A DNA stretch of 64,000 nt from Octopus vulgaris (lineage: Eukaryota). Made by a program: the position numbers and the translations under genes. The stretch spans positions 36,394,001 to 36,458,000 of the forward strand of contig OX597828.1 of NCBI GenBank assembly GCA_951406725.2, written 5' to 3'. The notes beneath the pieces are model-generated. The model saw only the letters and a list, made by a program, of their open reading frames with translations, made no database searches and was not told where the DNA came from. Positions 36,839-49,886 of the stretch are shown here, one piece after another; the stretch's first letter is position 1, and every line of letters begins with the position of its first letter.

Positions 36839-38300
36839 CCACATCTTAGGAACTGTAGTGCTTGTATTGAACTAAAATATTGCTTCTATTCATCGTTAAT
36901 AGGTTTTGATCGATTTACAACTTTGTATTTGAGTTGATTTTGTAGAATTTTATACACTGTATATATACCCTTGTTATATGCATCGGTTTCTTGTGACATT
37001 TGTATTGTGTAATGTAGAGTGTATATACACTAATTTTCTGCATTGAATTAGCTATTGTATGTATATAGCTTGTGCGAATTGCTTTTGTATAGGGAATTGT
37101 TTCTGCTGTGAAGAAACACGAGTGTGTGTGTATGTGTATATATATATATATACTTACATTGTGTATATACGCATATATACACACTTTAGTGTATGTATAT
37201 GCATATATATCCATCTTTACATATATAAATCATGTATATATAATATATGCATATATTTACATGTCTTTAATGTGAGATTATGTTATGTGATGTATTGCAT
37301 TATTACCATTTGTTGCATATGTTGTTGATATTCTATTAACCCACGTGGTTACTTGCTTTGTTTATTATTTTTTATATAAATAAAAACATTTTAATTGAAG
37401 AATATTGTCTTTTAGTTTCTTTTTACATTTTATTATTGTGTTACATGCTTTTGTATTTCAGGATTGACAATTTTGTGTTCAATTTTTTCCCCTTTTCCTG
37501 AAATATAAGGAAGTGTTGAAATTATCGGATCTAGGCTTCTAAATAAATTCCAGTTTTATCCCCACATTTAGGGTAGCAAGTAATTGTGATGACTTGTGTG
37601 TTTACACTACATACATAGTAATTGTTGATTATACGAATAATACTTCCCTTCAATACATTCCTAGTGATTTTTTTTTACCATAAACTCGTCTTCTGTTCTC
37701 CTTTACAGGCATTTGTGTATGTATACATACATTCTTATGGAATTCTGGACATGGTTTAAAACTATATTCATGTCAGTTTATAGGGGAGATGGTTTAAAAC
37801 CTATCGTTCATATGTTCACTTCCGGGTCCATACCTTTAGGGTAAACTAGCAATTATCTAGTCACCCTCTGGTTGTACTTGGGTTGCAGGGCCTTTGGTCC
37901 AAAATGGGTTTTCTGATTCCATTATCATGGCACTTTTGGTATTTTCAGACTTCAAATGTTGATGATTGCATATTTATTCATTGGGGACCATTTCATGATT
38001 CGTCTTGAATGAGTTTGTCTCCTTCAAGCAATATACACTCAGAACATAACTTTAAGGATTTATTAAATTGAGTCTCCTATTTGTTTTGCCATTGATCTAC
38101 ATCTACTCTCTGGTTGCACAACCTCAACTGACCAAAAGTACATTTAAAATATGTTGGATAAATGCTTCTGCTTGGCTCTCTGGCCAGTGGCATCAATCAA
38201 CAAGTTGGATTTTGCTTGTGTCTAATGGAGAATGTACAAGAGTTGCTTCTTGCTCCACTATTGATGGCAAGCAGCAATTATTGTCATAGTATGTGCTAGA
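33600..38300 (+). ncRNA. candidate spliced lncRNA upstream of the CHD gene (Chaserr-like position)
   Basis: Non-repetitive segments with + strand splice signals: donor GTATGT 33960; acceptor TGTTTTCAG|34430 to donor 34587 GTAAGA; acceptor TATTTCAG|37462 to donor 37580 GTAATT; strong acceptor TTCTGTTCTCCTTTACAG|37709. ATGG cluster downstream and no convincing ORF. No transcript evidence is available. Confidence 0.35.
36617..36714. repeat. about 45-bp-arm hairpin in (TA)n context
   Basis: TTATTATATAGAAGGAG..GACTAGAACTGTTTCATTCA mirrors TGAATGAAACAGTTCTAGTC..CTCCTTCTATATAATAA. Confidence 0.8.
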
Positions 38301-38399
38301 CAGCCTAGTAGTGAATTCTTCACTATACACTACGTGTGTGCATGCATGTATTATTACTATTATATATGACTGAAAGCAAATACCACGTCACAGTCATAG

Positions 38400-39490
38400 C
38401 TAGGCAGAGGGCTCCCCTGTTCAAATATACTAGCTTCTATCCCACAATTCCTTGGCTATTATCGTCGGACTGCTCGCCTGAAAGACAAGACGACTGAAAC
38501 ACACTAATACGTATACACACACTCATTACATACACATACATACATTCTAAAGATGGCCGCCATATTTCAGCTTGCATCGACACGACGCTGCCTTACGACC
38601 GACACTTGCTGCTAAAGAAATACACCAACTTGAGCCGAAAATCTTAATCAACATTACTTCCAGCATCCCTATCTAGCTGATCGACTAACTTTTAGACCCA
38701 TTCCAGGTAAAAATTGTGAAAATCTTAACATTTTATTCGCCATTGTGCAGTGAAAACTAGAGAAAAAAATGGCTATTGTATTATAACATTGAAATTCAGA
38801 GCCCATCTTTCTTTTTCTATCTTACCCTCTCTATTCCTCTTTTCCACCCTCTCTCTATCTTTATCTCTCTCTCTGTTCCTATTACTCCATGTAAAAGCTT
38901 GTTGAGTGGCTGTACGACGTGGTAGTGGTAGTAGTTACAGTAAACCGTGCGTAGGAAGGGAGAGGTAATCGTTGCGTTACTCTCATGCTTCTTCCTCCCT
39001 CCTAAGCTAGCAGCAGTGAGAGTTGGCCTCTCCTTCCTCCTCCTCCTTCAGTCAAGCCAATGCGTATGACGCCTCACTCATACTTCTACCCCCCTCCCAT
39101 GGAAAATCTATTGATAACTCATGATTTATTTATTTATTTTTAAAAAAAGCTTGGATTTAATTACAATTAATTTTTATGTTTTTGACATTCCAATTGAAGA
39201 AGAAAACAATCTTAGAAATAATTTGCTCATCCACGTTTTGAGTATTTTGAGGATCGTTTGTGGGGGGAAAGAAAAAAAAAGTGTTTGCTGCTATGTGTGC
39301 CATTGTTCCGGTCGGTAGTTGTCGGCCATGATGCCTTTGACTACTGCAGTCGTCACAGTTTTTCATGTAATAATGTCATCATCATAATAATAATAATAAT
39401 AATGATGATGATGCGATTATAGTGAACTCAACGACACCGAACGAGAGAAATATTGGAAAAAAAAATTAATCAAAAGGTCACAGAAAAGGT
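38400..39490 (+). promoter_or_regulatory. candidate promoter / non-coding first exon(s) of the CHD gene
   Basis: CpG-retaining unique sequence with YY1-like AAGATGGCCGCCATATTT at 38550, donor CCAG|GTAAAA at 38707, CCAAT near 39057 and donor AAG|GTTTGT at 39489. The first coding exon begins with an acceptor, so an upstream UTR exon must exist. Confidence 0.45.
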
Positions 39491-41668
39491 TTGTTTTGTA
39501 TTTCTAGTTATGGACTTCACCCATTTTTTAAAAATTTGTACTACTACCACTACTACTACTACCGTTATTACATTTACAGTCGTTACTACTACTACTTACT
39601 ATAGCTTTTCTTCGCACAACCCCCGGTCACACCGGTCACCATTCATTCTTGGGGAGTTTCATTCATGTATTTTAAATGTATTAATGTACACCGCTTCCTG
39701 TTTTCACCCTTTTTTATTTATTGCTGCTCCTTGAAAATGTCGTTTCGACCAGTCCAGCTTTTCTTGTTACGTGCTGTGTCTGTCTTACACGTGCATCTTC
39801 TCAGAGCTTTATTTCCTTCTGTTCAATGTTTATTATTTTTTTCTCGGCCTTACAGGTGGGTGGGAAAGACCCCTTATTTGAAATAAGTATTTAAAGATGA
39901 AAAACACGCCATAGTTTTTTGTTTTTTTTTAATTTAGCTCCACCTCAACTTCATTTCTATCATTCACTTCGTTTTAGCATGTAGGTGGAACGTTAGAGCC
40001 CCTTATATATATATTGTATTTATCCATTTTAATTAGGCTGGGTAGCTTCATTACAATTAATTAAGCTCGTATATTATCACGGGTGTTGCTTGTCTAATTA
40101 TTTACCGAGCGCTGAGCTAGTCAGATGACTTTCATTCGACCTTGGATTTACATGTCTTTTACACGTGGGACATTTTGAGTAATTTTAAATTTAATGTTTT
40201 CGGAAAGTTTTTAATTTAAAACTTCACACCCAAATGAAACCTTTTTGTAATTTAATATTTCGTTGGGAAATTTAACTTAGCCTTATACAATTTTAATTAA
40301 AATTTTTTTTTTGTCGAATGTTCGACAGTGACTTTTATTTAAAATGATTAATTAGTTTAAATTTTTAAATTATGAAGTATGTTTTTCTAATTTAAACTAT
40401 TATTTTTTATAAAATATTTTATACCTACTTTCGAGTCACCCAAAGTTTATGAAGACGTATGGTGTTCGTCTTTTATTTAGTAATGTAGTTTCAAGTGCCT
40501 TGTTTATATTTTAAGGTATTTTGTATTTCCCGGTTATTTTATCCACGTGGTTTTGTTGATGAAAACATTGCCGTACATATGCATCTGGTTTGGTAATTAT
40601 TCCGCCGAATGCAATCATAAATTATTACAATTTATTTTTAATTTTCTCTTCTTTTAAATATACAAAATAAATAGCTAAATTTATATTCATTAAATCCTGA
40701 AATGCACGAATTTTTAAATATTTATAATTGGTTTAAAAAAAAATCCTACTGGAATTTTAGCTGATTGTTAAATCTGTTTAACAACAAATATTGGCTATTA
40801 AAATAAACAGGAATTGCTTTAGCTTTATAAGGCACAAAAAGAAAATGACTTTAACTAAATGTTTTTGCTGAATAAATTTGCTATATTTTACATGAAGTTT
40901 AAAACGTAATAGCTAATATTTTATTGAATTTACTTTCATTTTGAATAGTCTTGGGCGTTTTCATATTTGTAAGATATAAGTGGAAACGAAAGTTACGAAA
41001 TTTTAAGAAAATAGTGAAATAATTCCGATATGTTTAGGTAAACCACTTAAAAGATTTGATGGTATAGATGCAATACATGATGACATGTGTTGCCAGTTTT
41101 CATGTATGCAAAAAAAAAAAAAAAAAAAACAACTTTTGTCTAGGACCCGAGTAGTGTGCATGCAATAAAGAAAATGTCGGGTATTGTAACTATTTCACTT
41201 CAGGGAAATTTGAAATTGTTTCATTTTTTTTTTTTTTCTTGTGAGAAGTAAAATTTATGTATACACTATGTTCCGAGACAATTTTTTCTTAAAGTTGAAA
41301 TTCGGGGAAATATCGGGATGGTGTGAAAACGAAAGTAGTTTTATACGCGAACCTTGAAGATCGAATACTAGAAGCACAATTTCATTTTACTGGTTCTGTA
41401 ATCTATTGATATTTTTACCAGACACGATCAAAGACTGTACGCTGTACGTGTGATTTCTATAAAATTATTAATCACATCACTGACGTAATTTTTTAAATAC
41501 TTTTATGGCCTAGGCAATGCAAACGCTTAATCTATTTGTATGCTTTTAGTTACTCATATAAAGTAATAGAGCAATTACAGTTTCAAAAGTGATACAAAAA
41601 TTATGTTCGACTTCAAAAAGAACTTGCAACATTTAATCATGCTGCCACGTATCTTAATTGGATTAGCG

Positions 41669-41754
41669 GGCGGAAGTAAAGAATACGCACACCACCCGTT
41701 TTCGGCGTAACCCTAACCCTAAACACCGCGTGTGCGTATTCTTTACCTTCGTCC
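41669..41754. mobile_element. miniature palindromic element with a TAACCC core
   Basis: GTAAAGAATACGCACAC / GTGTGCGTATTCTTTAC perfect 17-bp inverted repeat around TAACCCTAACCCTAA. Confidence 0.7.
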
Positions 41755-43468
41755 AAAGTTATTTCACAGTGGTGGTGGCATCGCAGATCGAATTTCCAAG
41801 ACCGACCGTATGAAAAGTTACACAGAAAACGTTGAAAAGAAACACAAAAAATGTTTTACAATGAAAATAAACTCTGCCTTAACACGTAAAAGCTGTTTGT
41901 TGACAGTGAAACTCGAGGATCGGCCATATGTGTTTCAGAAGATAAGACAAGCTAAAGCTTTCTGTGCTTTTAGTACGGAAATGCACATAGCATGCAAAAA
42001 GAAAAAGAATGAACACTCCTTTATTTGCATAAGTAATAATAATAAACAAGCCCAATTGTAATAGCAACTCTAAAGTGAACTACTGGCTATAATCGTGTAA
42101 TTAACGGAAGTCTTATGAAACGTGTATAGCTTGGATACTTAATGACGAATTTTGCATTTGTACAAAAGTACCAAATTTTAATGTTTACAATAGCTGATAT
42201 ATTGAAAATAGGTGTCTTTCGGAATTGTTTTGTACAACACATTTATCAACTCTGGAAATAGTACTTCCATAATGATGTGAAATTGTACGGTCTGTAGTAA
42301 TTCAGGTTTTCGCTATGATGATAACGACCTCCAACTTCCGGTTTGAGTCATGGAATAAAATAACACTGAATCATAAGAGTTAAAAAGCAACAAAAACAAA
42401 TAGTTTATGCAATGGAAGGAAGTCCAGATGTTTTCTGTGACTGCTAGGTCACATTGATTTTTACGTCAAACCAGGAAACGTTGCCGATTTATTTGAAGGA
42501 GTTAGCTTCGTCAAATGTGTGTTTTCTTAATAACCAGGAAATGCTCAAATAGGTTTAACCGATTTTACATAATGTGTGCTGAAACGTGATTTGACTTTTG
42601 AAATCACCTCATTTGTATGGAAAGAAATAAAATTCTCAACATGTAGAGAGCCTGTAATTTGGTAGTCAGGTTTGTTTTCAGTGAGACCTAACTTTAGATG
42701 ACGGAAAAACCTTGCAAGACACGATGTAATCTATTGGCCTGTCTTAATAGATAAGGACACAAATACTGGGTATTTGTACAGATACAGAAAGTAGCAAGTT
42801 GTACTGTACTACTTAATCCATTGGAAGTTGTCTTCAAATAATGTAATTAGTTGCATTTCTTGTTTGCCTTAGATTCGTCAACCTTTTCGTCGTTAAGCAT
42901 GTGTCCATACGTCTACAACGTATGACACATGCAATTTCCGTCACGGAGCCTTTTTTTTTTTTATATTTGATAAATCAGAAACCGGTTATAACTTTCTGTG
43001 TATTTGGAATTGTTACTGATGTTACCTTTCTTAAAGGTACATGTCATCGACGTTTAAGGTCCTCTTTTTGCACACTTGCGTGGGTCATACGGATTTTCTT
43101 GAAGCAGAGTTTATATGGCTGGATGCCCATGTTGTCACCAACTCTTCCCTTTTTCCAAACAGGGTAATATTTCCCCCATTGCTAGACATGTTTCCACGGA
43201 ATATTGGAAATAGATGCCATTCAGTTACAACTATCATATGTCAAGACAAGGAGACACACACACACAGGACGGGTTTCTTTTAGTTTCCGTCTATGAAATC
43301 TACTCACAAAGCTTTGGTTGTATTGGAGCCAGAGCAGAAAACATTTGCCCATAGTGCTGTGGAGGGGGACTGAACTTGAGACCACAAATTTAGGATGCAA
43401 GCTTCTCAACCACAGCCATATCTCAAATGTAAACCATTCAACCAGTTTTTAACAATGTTCAAGCATAG

Positions 43469-43770
43469 GTGCAGGAGTGGCTGTGTGGTAAGCAGCTTGC
43501 TTACCAACCACATGGTTCCAGGTTCAGTCCCACTGTGTGGCACCTTGGACACGTGTCTTCTACAACCGCCTCGGGTCGACCAAAACCTTGGTGGATGGAA
43601 ACTGAAAGAAGCCTGTCGTATGTATATATGTGTGTGCGTTTGTTTCCCCCACCCCAACATTGCTTGACAACCGATGCTGGTTTGGCAAAAAGAGACCGAT
43701 AGAATAAGTTCTAGGGTCGATTTCCTCGACTAAAGGCAGTGCTGCAGTCAAGTGACTGAAACAAAAGAGT
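43469..43770 (+). mobile_element. SINE family C, internally deleted
   Basis: GCAGGAGTGGCTGTGTGGTAAG head and CACCTTGGACACGTGTCTT segment. Confidence 0.8.
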
Positions 43771-45106
43771 ATAGCTGTGAGGTTAAGAACATGTCTATCC
43801 GAACACTTAGTTCTGAATTCAATCCCAACACACAATTCCTTGTGCAAGGGTCTTCATTTTCAGGTGGATAATAGAACCCTGTAGTTGTTATGCATGCCAG
43901 TGCTTATCTTTGCACCAATCGAAGAACTTTTGTTATGTTGTGTTCCTTTGCTCTGAAGCTTAGCTGTTGCATAAACAGAGATCAATAAAATAAGTGCTAA
44001 AGTGAAATGGGGTGATTCATATGAGAAAGTGAAGCTCCAGCAAGACTGCGGTCCAATGACTGATACCAGTACAAGGAAAAAATGTACGTGACCAAGCAAC
44101 GTTTCAAAATAGGATACGTGGGTGTCGTGTTCAAATATTACACGGAACTGCCAGTCATGTAGTAGAAGCAGAGTAGAATTGTGGCTACTGGTCAAGTTCT
44201 AATTATTCTATAAGTTTTAATTGATAGTCTCAAGGGTCCTTTGAAGTACTCAGAAAACATTTTATAGGAAAACATTAGTCCAAAGTCAATTTTCAGAGCA
44301 ACGTGATTATTTTTAGCTTCTCTCACATAATTGTGTCTTGCAGCTAGTCATATCACCTTGGAAAAGTTGATTTACTGGTTATACTGTTGCCAAATAATCT
44401 ATAATAGTATCATCACCAGATTTAACATTTTAAAACACTTAAAATGTGGCTGGTGTTTAGTGACATACCAATTCATTGATTCTACCTTAAACACAGAATG
44501 TTCTATGTGATCTAAAAGCACTTTAAATAGGCCATTGTTTTTGAATTCTAGAGCTTAACTTTACTTGGAATTATCGGGGGTGGGTGGGTATGCTCTCAAC
44601 AGTAATAGTAAATTACTATAAATATTCAAAATAGTTTTAGTTAATTGTTTTATAGACTGCTGACAGAATTCAGATGATTGTAGAGTAAGAATTTCATTAT
44701 GAATGCATGAATTCTTTTGCATTATCCCTTTTCATGAGGTCTAGCTTTTGGGAGTGTTTGTCTGCAGGCAAGGCTGCTTGGTAAGAAGTTTGTTTTCCAA
44801 CCACATGGTTCCAGGTTCAATCCCATTGTGTGTCACCTTGGACGAGTGTCTTCCACTATAGCCCCAGGCAGGCCAAAGCCTTGTGTGTGGACTGGGTAGA
44901 TGGAAACTGAAAGAAGACTGTCTCTCTTTCATAATTCATATCCTTTTCATGTTGACATTGATTGGACAGTTTGATAAGAAACTGCTAAGTGGCAGGGCAA
45001 TGTCAAACTCTAATGTTCTCTTTGGCTTGGTTACTATGGCTGGATGCCCATCCTAATGGCATATATATATTCTAAACAGTGCCATATATATATACACACA
45101 CTAAAC

Positions 45107-45152
45107 AAAACTGTCTGATGAACAAGGACATGAAATTCTGAGTAACAGTTTT
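45107..45152 (+). ncRNA. minimal type I hammerhead motif with decayed stem II, in a Penelope-like fragment
   Basis: AAAACTGT-CTGATGA-ACAAGGACAT-GAAA-TTCTGA-GTA/ACAGTTTT: 8-bp perfect stem I and both core boxes. A more degenerate inverted copy is at 54158-54204. Confidence 0.6.
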
Positions 45153-45881
45153 TGTCATATTTTTCCTGCTTTATAATAAAACATTACTCTACTTCTGGTA
45201 TTCGAATACTATTTTTTCCACCTTGTTTCACATTTATGTGCTTACTCTGGTGTATATATATATACACACACACATTTATATATATATATATATATATAGT
45301 GTGTGTGTGTAGTTTGTCCTACACTACCATTGGTTTGTTTACATCCCCTGTAACTTAGCTGTTTGGCTAAGAGTTTGATAGAATAAATACTGGGGTTGAT
45401 TCATTTGACTAAATAAAAACATACCTTTCAAGGTGGTGTCCTCAGTAAGGCTGTAGTACAATGACTGCAATAAGTAAAAGATAAAAGCTGACATCACACT
45501 TCTTCAGTCGGTGTGCACTTGTCAGAGCCCTACTGTTGAGTGGGATTTCGTGCTTTACTGTCCCACTAGCCCATGGTATGTTGGCACAAATTGTCAGTTG
45601 ACCCTAGACTCGAGTGGTACTAGGTCTAACATGAAACGGTGAAAGGCACAGTTAATCTTGGGTGTGATTTGTATTTAGGACAAATACTGCAAGGCATTTT
45701 GTTTGCTGTCCTAGATTTGACTGCAGTAAAAGAATACAACTGAGGAGTAGGAAGAAATAGTCCTTGTTGCAAGAATATGTATAGTATAATTGATAGTGGT
45801 AATGGATAACCAATTGTGGAGAGACAGATTGTATATTCCAGGCATGAACAACTTTTTCGGGAAGTAGGCCACAAAAAACCT

Positions 45882-46068
45882 ATTTCTTTACTACCCACAA
45901 GGGGCTAAACAGAGAGAGGACAGACAAACGGATTAAGTTGATTATATCGACCCCAAAAGGATGAAAGGCAAAGTTGACCTCGGCGGAATTTGAACTCAGA
46001 ACGTAGCGGCAGACGAAATACCGCTAAGCATTTCGCCCAACGTGCTAACGTTTCTGCCAGCTCGCCGC
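45882..46068 (-). mobile_element. SINE family B
   Basis: Homologous to 12925-13137, flanked by the near-direct repeat CACA(A/T)AAAACCT. Confidence 0.85.
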
Positions 46069-47703
46069 CACATAAAACCTGTCCCATCTTCAGGTAGGTC
46101 ACTACTAAGAAAACTGAAGGTAATTTTTCATTAAGCGTGCTGTTCAGAAAGTACCATAAGCTGCAGGTTGCCCATAAGTGGTTTATACCTTAGCACTGCA
46201 TTATGTCTGTTTCTTAGACAACTCTTAAAAGCTGAGGCTGATCAGAATATGTTTAGCTTCTACATGCTTGTATATACTGGTCAAGTCTGCTATTCACCAT
46301 CTTTCTAAGTGTCTCATCTGTGAGCTTCATCTTTTCCTGATCTGTTCTGATTACCATATCTTCTTCCAACACCTGCTGTGGTGGTGTAGGTAAAACGTTT
46401 GCTTCCCAACCACATGGTTCCAGTTTCACTCCCACTTGTGGCACCTTGGGCAGGTTTCTTCTACTGTAGCCTTGAGCTGACCAGAGCCTTGTTAATGGAT
46501 TTAGTAGATGGAGACTGAAAGAAGCCCGTGTGTGTTTGTGTCTCCTTGGCATAGCGTGACAGTTGTAAATGTCACCATCATACAAGCGATGAAATTCATT
46601 TCCAATATTTGTGGACACTTGTCTAACCATGGGGAAATATTACCTTGCTTGGAAACAGGTGAAGCTTGGGGACAGGATGAGCATCTTTCTCAGTAAATTC
46701 CATCTGACCCATGCAAACATGAAAATGTGGATGTTAAAAGAGTGATGGTGATAAAATGTATAAAAAATAATGGGTGTATAGTGAAATGCAAAAACAAAAA
46801 GGCATATTAGTTAGAAGAAAGGTTAGCTGGATGGGTCAGGAGAGTTTGCAGCAATTAAAGCTCACAAAAGGTAAATGAGCAGAGATAACGATGTTATACA
46901 GATCCAGTGCTATGTAGTAAATCCAATAAACAGATGATTAAGGTGATCAGTAAATTTGCTTAAAATTAATTCTGAAGTTGATGTACCATTCCACTCAATT
47001 TTGGATGCACATTACAAAGTTCTGTTGCAGGTCTTGGACACACCTTAAATCTTTCTGATAAAATGGTGGATAAGTTTACTTCACCTAATTAGTTTTATTT
47101 AAAACTAAGAAAATACTGTACTTGATGTCCTATAAGATGCACTAAAACCTTTCCTTGAATAATATGCTGTTGAAATTGGGGTGTGTCTAATATGCCTGTG
47201 CATTTTATGCTATAAAATTTGACAACTGTAATGCTTAGGAAAATCTCTGCTGTTACCATTTTGTATTATTGTATGTGTGTGTGTGTATGTTACTGTCTCC
47301 TTGCCTGGACTTAATTTAATAGTTGTAAATAAATGTCATTGTCTTGCAAACAGTGTCATTCGTTTCCAATCTTCTGTGAAAACATGTCTGGTCATGGGGG
47401 AAATATTACCTTACTTGGAAACAGGTGAGGGTTGACAAGGGGTAGGGCATCCAGCTGTAGGAAATCTGCCTCAGCAAATTCTGTTCAACCTTAGAAAAAT
47501 AGATGTTAAAATGCTGCTGCTGATGATATATAACTTAGACATAAAACTGCATACAGAAGACTAAATTCTCAAGTTGCTATGTAAATTGCTCTGAGTACAT
47601 TGAATTATCTGCATTGAAACAATTTTTTTTTTTTACTCACTGACTGCTCTTGCAGATCTTGTTTAACTAGAAGATTCTAGATGGATAAAAAAAAAATATC
47701 AGG

Positions 47704-48063
47704 TGCAGGAGTGGCTGTGTGGTAAGTAGCTTGCTAACCAACCACATGGTTCCGGGTTCAGTCCCACTGCGTGGCATCTTGGGCAAGTGTCTTCTGCTAT
47801 AGCCTCGAGCTGACCAATGCCTTGTGAGTGGATTTGGTAGACAGAAACTGAAAGAAGCCTGTCGTATATATGTATATATATATATGTATGTGTGTTTGTC
47901 CCCCTAGCATTGCTTGACAACCGATGCTGGTGTGTTTACGTCCCCGTCACTTAGTGGTTCGGCAAAAGAGACCGATAGAATAAGTACCGGGGTCGATTTG
48001 CTCGACTAAAGGCGGTGCTCCAGCATGGCCACAGTCAAATGACTGAAACAAGTAAAAGAGTAA
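47704..48063 (+). mobile_element. SINE family C
   Basis: Full head-to-tail copy ending GACTGAAACAAGTAAAAGAGTAAA. Confidence 0.88.
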
Positions 48064-48393
48064 AGCAAGAAAATAGTAACCACCAACTTGTGTTAATGTT
48101 TATTGTCTTCTGGTTTGATCTAATCCTGTTTGTAGTTGGATATTTTCTCTTACATAACACAAACATATTCCTTTCTACTCTAGGCACAGGGCCTGTAATT
48201 TTGGGGGAGAGGGCCAGTCGATTAGATCGACCCCAATATGTAACTGGTACTTAATTTATTGACCCCGAAAGGATGAAAGGCAAAGTTGACCTCAGTGGGA
48301 TTTGAACTCAACGTAAAGACAGACGAAATACTGCGAAGCATTTCGCCTGCCATACTAATGTTTATGCCATCTTGCCACCTTTATGTATATAAA

Positions 48394-48756
48394 CTAGCAG
48401 TATCGCCGGCGTTGCTCGGGTTTGTCAGGAAATAACTATATAAGCATTTTTAGAGAGTTATAGCCAAAAAATAGGAAAAAAAACGATGGTAAATTTTTTT
48501 TTAAATTGTTGACTCATCGTAGACATTTTTAGAGAGTTACTTCCCTTATATAATAGCGAAAAATGCATTAAAATGGAAAAAAGTGATGGTAAATTATTTA
48601 AAAAATCGCAGGCTCATGCTAATACCCAGAAGGGCTCGATATGAATCACGACTATAAGATACCCGCTTTTGGTTACACTGCACCGCAAAATGTGGGAGTA
48701 GTTAGGAATCTAAATCGTAGGAGACAGACACACAACTTGACTTTTATATATAAAGA
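48394..48756 (-). mobile_element. non-autonomous Helitron
   Basis: On the minus strand A|TCTTTATATATAAAAG ... CCCGAGCAACGCCGGCGATACTGCTAG|T, with canonical TC/CTAG ends at an AT site. Homologous to 29167-29565. Confidence 0.88.
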
Positions 48757-49886
48757 TAAATTGTCAAAGAAATTTTCACTTTTGTCTCTTTTTCCGTTAC
48801 ATCTTGATAATTTTCTCTAACAGCTATATTCATTATGATATTTGTAAAATGCACTTAGTTTCAATGAATTTTGAAAAATAGAAGCTATTGTTTGGAACAT
48901 AAATCAACATGAAATTTTGATGGAAGTTTTTAATTTCGATCACTTTGTAACAAGAAATGTGTATCACAGGACCAAGGGTAGTGTGGGTGGTTTGATATCA
49001 AAAGGGTTAATATATATATTATTTAGAAATGAAAAAATAACCTAAAATAGTATAATGATTATACAACTTGGAAACCCCTTACAGTTAGTTGAACTATGAA
49101 GCTTACATTTGGAATACTGAGGGCATTTTTTAAGAGAAGAGAAACATTTGTTCAATTCGAGGCCAGCATTTCTTTGCAGTTTGAGAAAATGTTTATATAG
49201 ATGTGTATATATATATATATATATATACTTCCTGCTGCTAAAACCGCAGCTGTTAAGCGGTGGTAAGCAAGCAAGCAAGCACATTTGTGCTTATGCTCAC
49301 AGTGTCAATAATTGAATTCCTGCTTATGTGTCAATGCTTCATTGTCTTAGACTTACAACCATTATGTTTTTGTGTGACTAGTTACTTGTTTTATTTATCT
49401 CAGTGGGTTTGGACACAAGGTTAAGTAGAATATTAAATAATGTGCTACAAAGATATTTGTAAGGTGCTTAGCTCCAGTTTGTCCTTGAGTGAGCAGACTA
49501 ATTATCAAAGGTATCCCAGCTGGAATCGTACAATCTTTCATTCATACTTAGTGTATCTTTGACTACATCATCCATATATCCTTCCTTGTGAAGAAAGTGA
49601 GATGAGATTTGAGAATGGTTTGGTTGCTAAATCTAACAGAGGTTCATTCCCTTTCTAGCTTGTAAATTTGTGGGTAGATACTTATTGGCAGACTCCCATT
49701 GCAAATCATTGTCTTAGTATCAAAATGGGCTAACTAGTCGTTCCAGCATATTGAGATAATTAAGGTATCAAAAATGAGTTATATGTAATATTCTTCCTTC
49801 CATTGCATACTGGAATTCTCTCAATAACCTAGAATAGGTCTCATATGCAACATTAGCGTACCAAAAGTCTTTTGTTTATGAATAGG

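Noticed and set aside
42315-42369. ATGATGA...CTGA as a C/D box snoRNA
   Set aside because: Too short, no convincing terminal stem or guide complementarity, and ATGATGA is very common in this genome.
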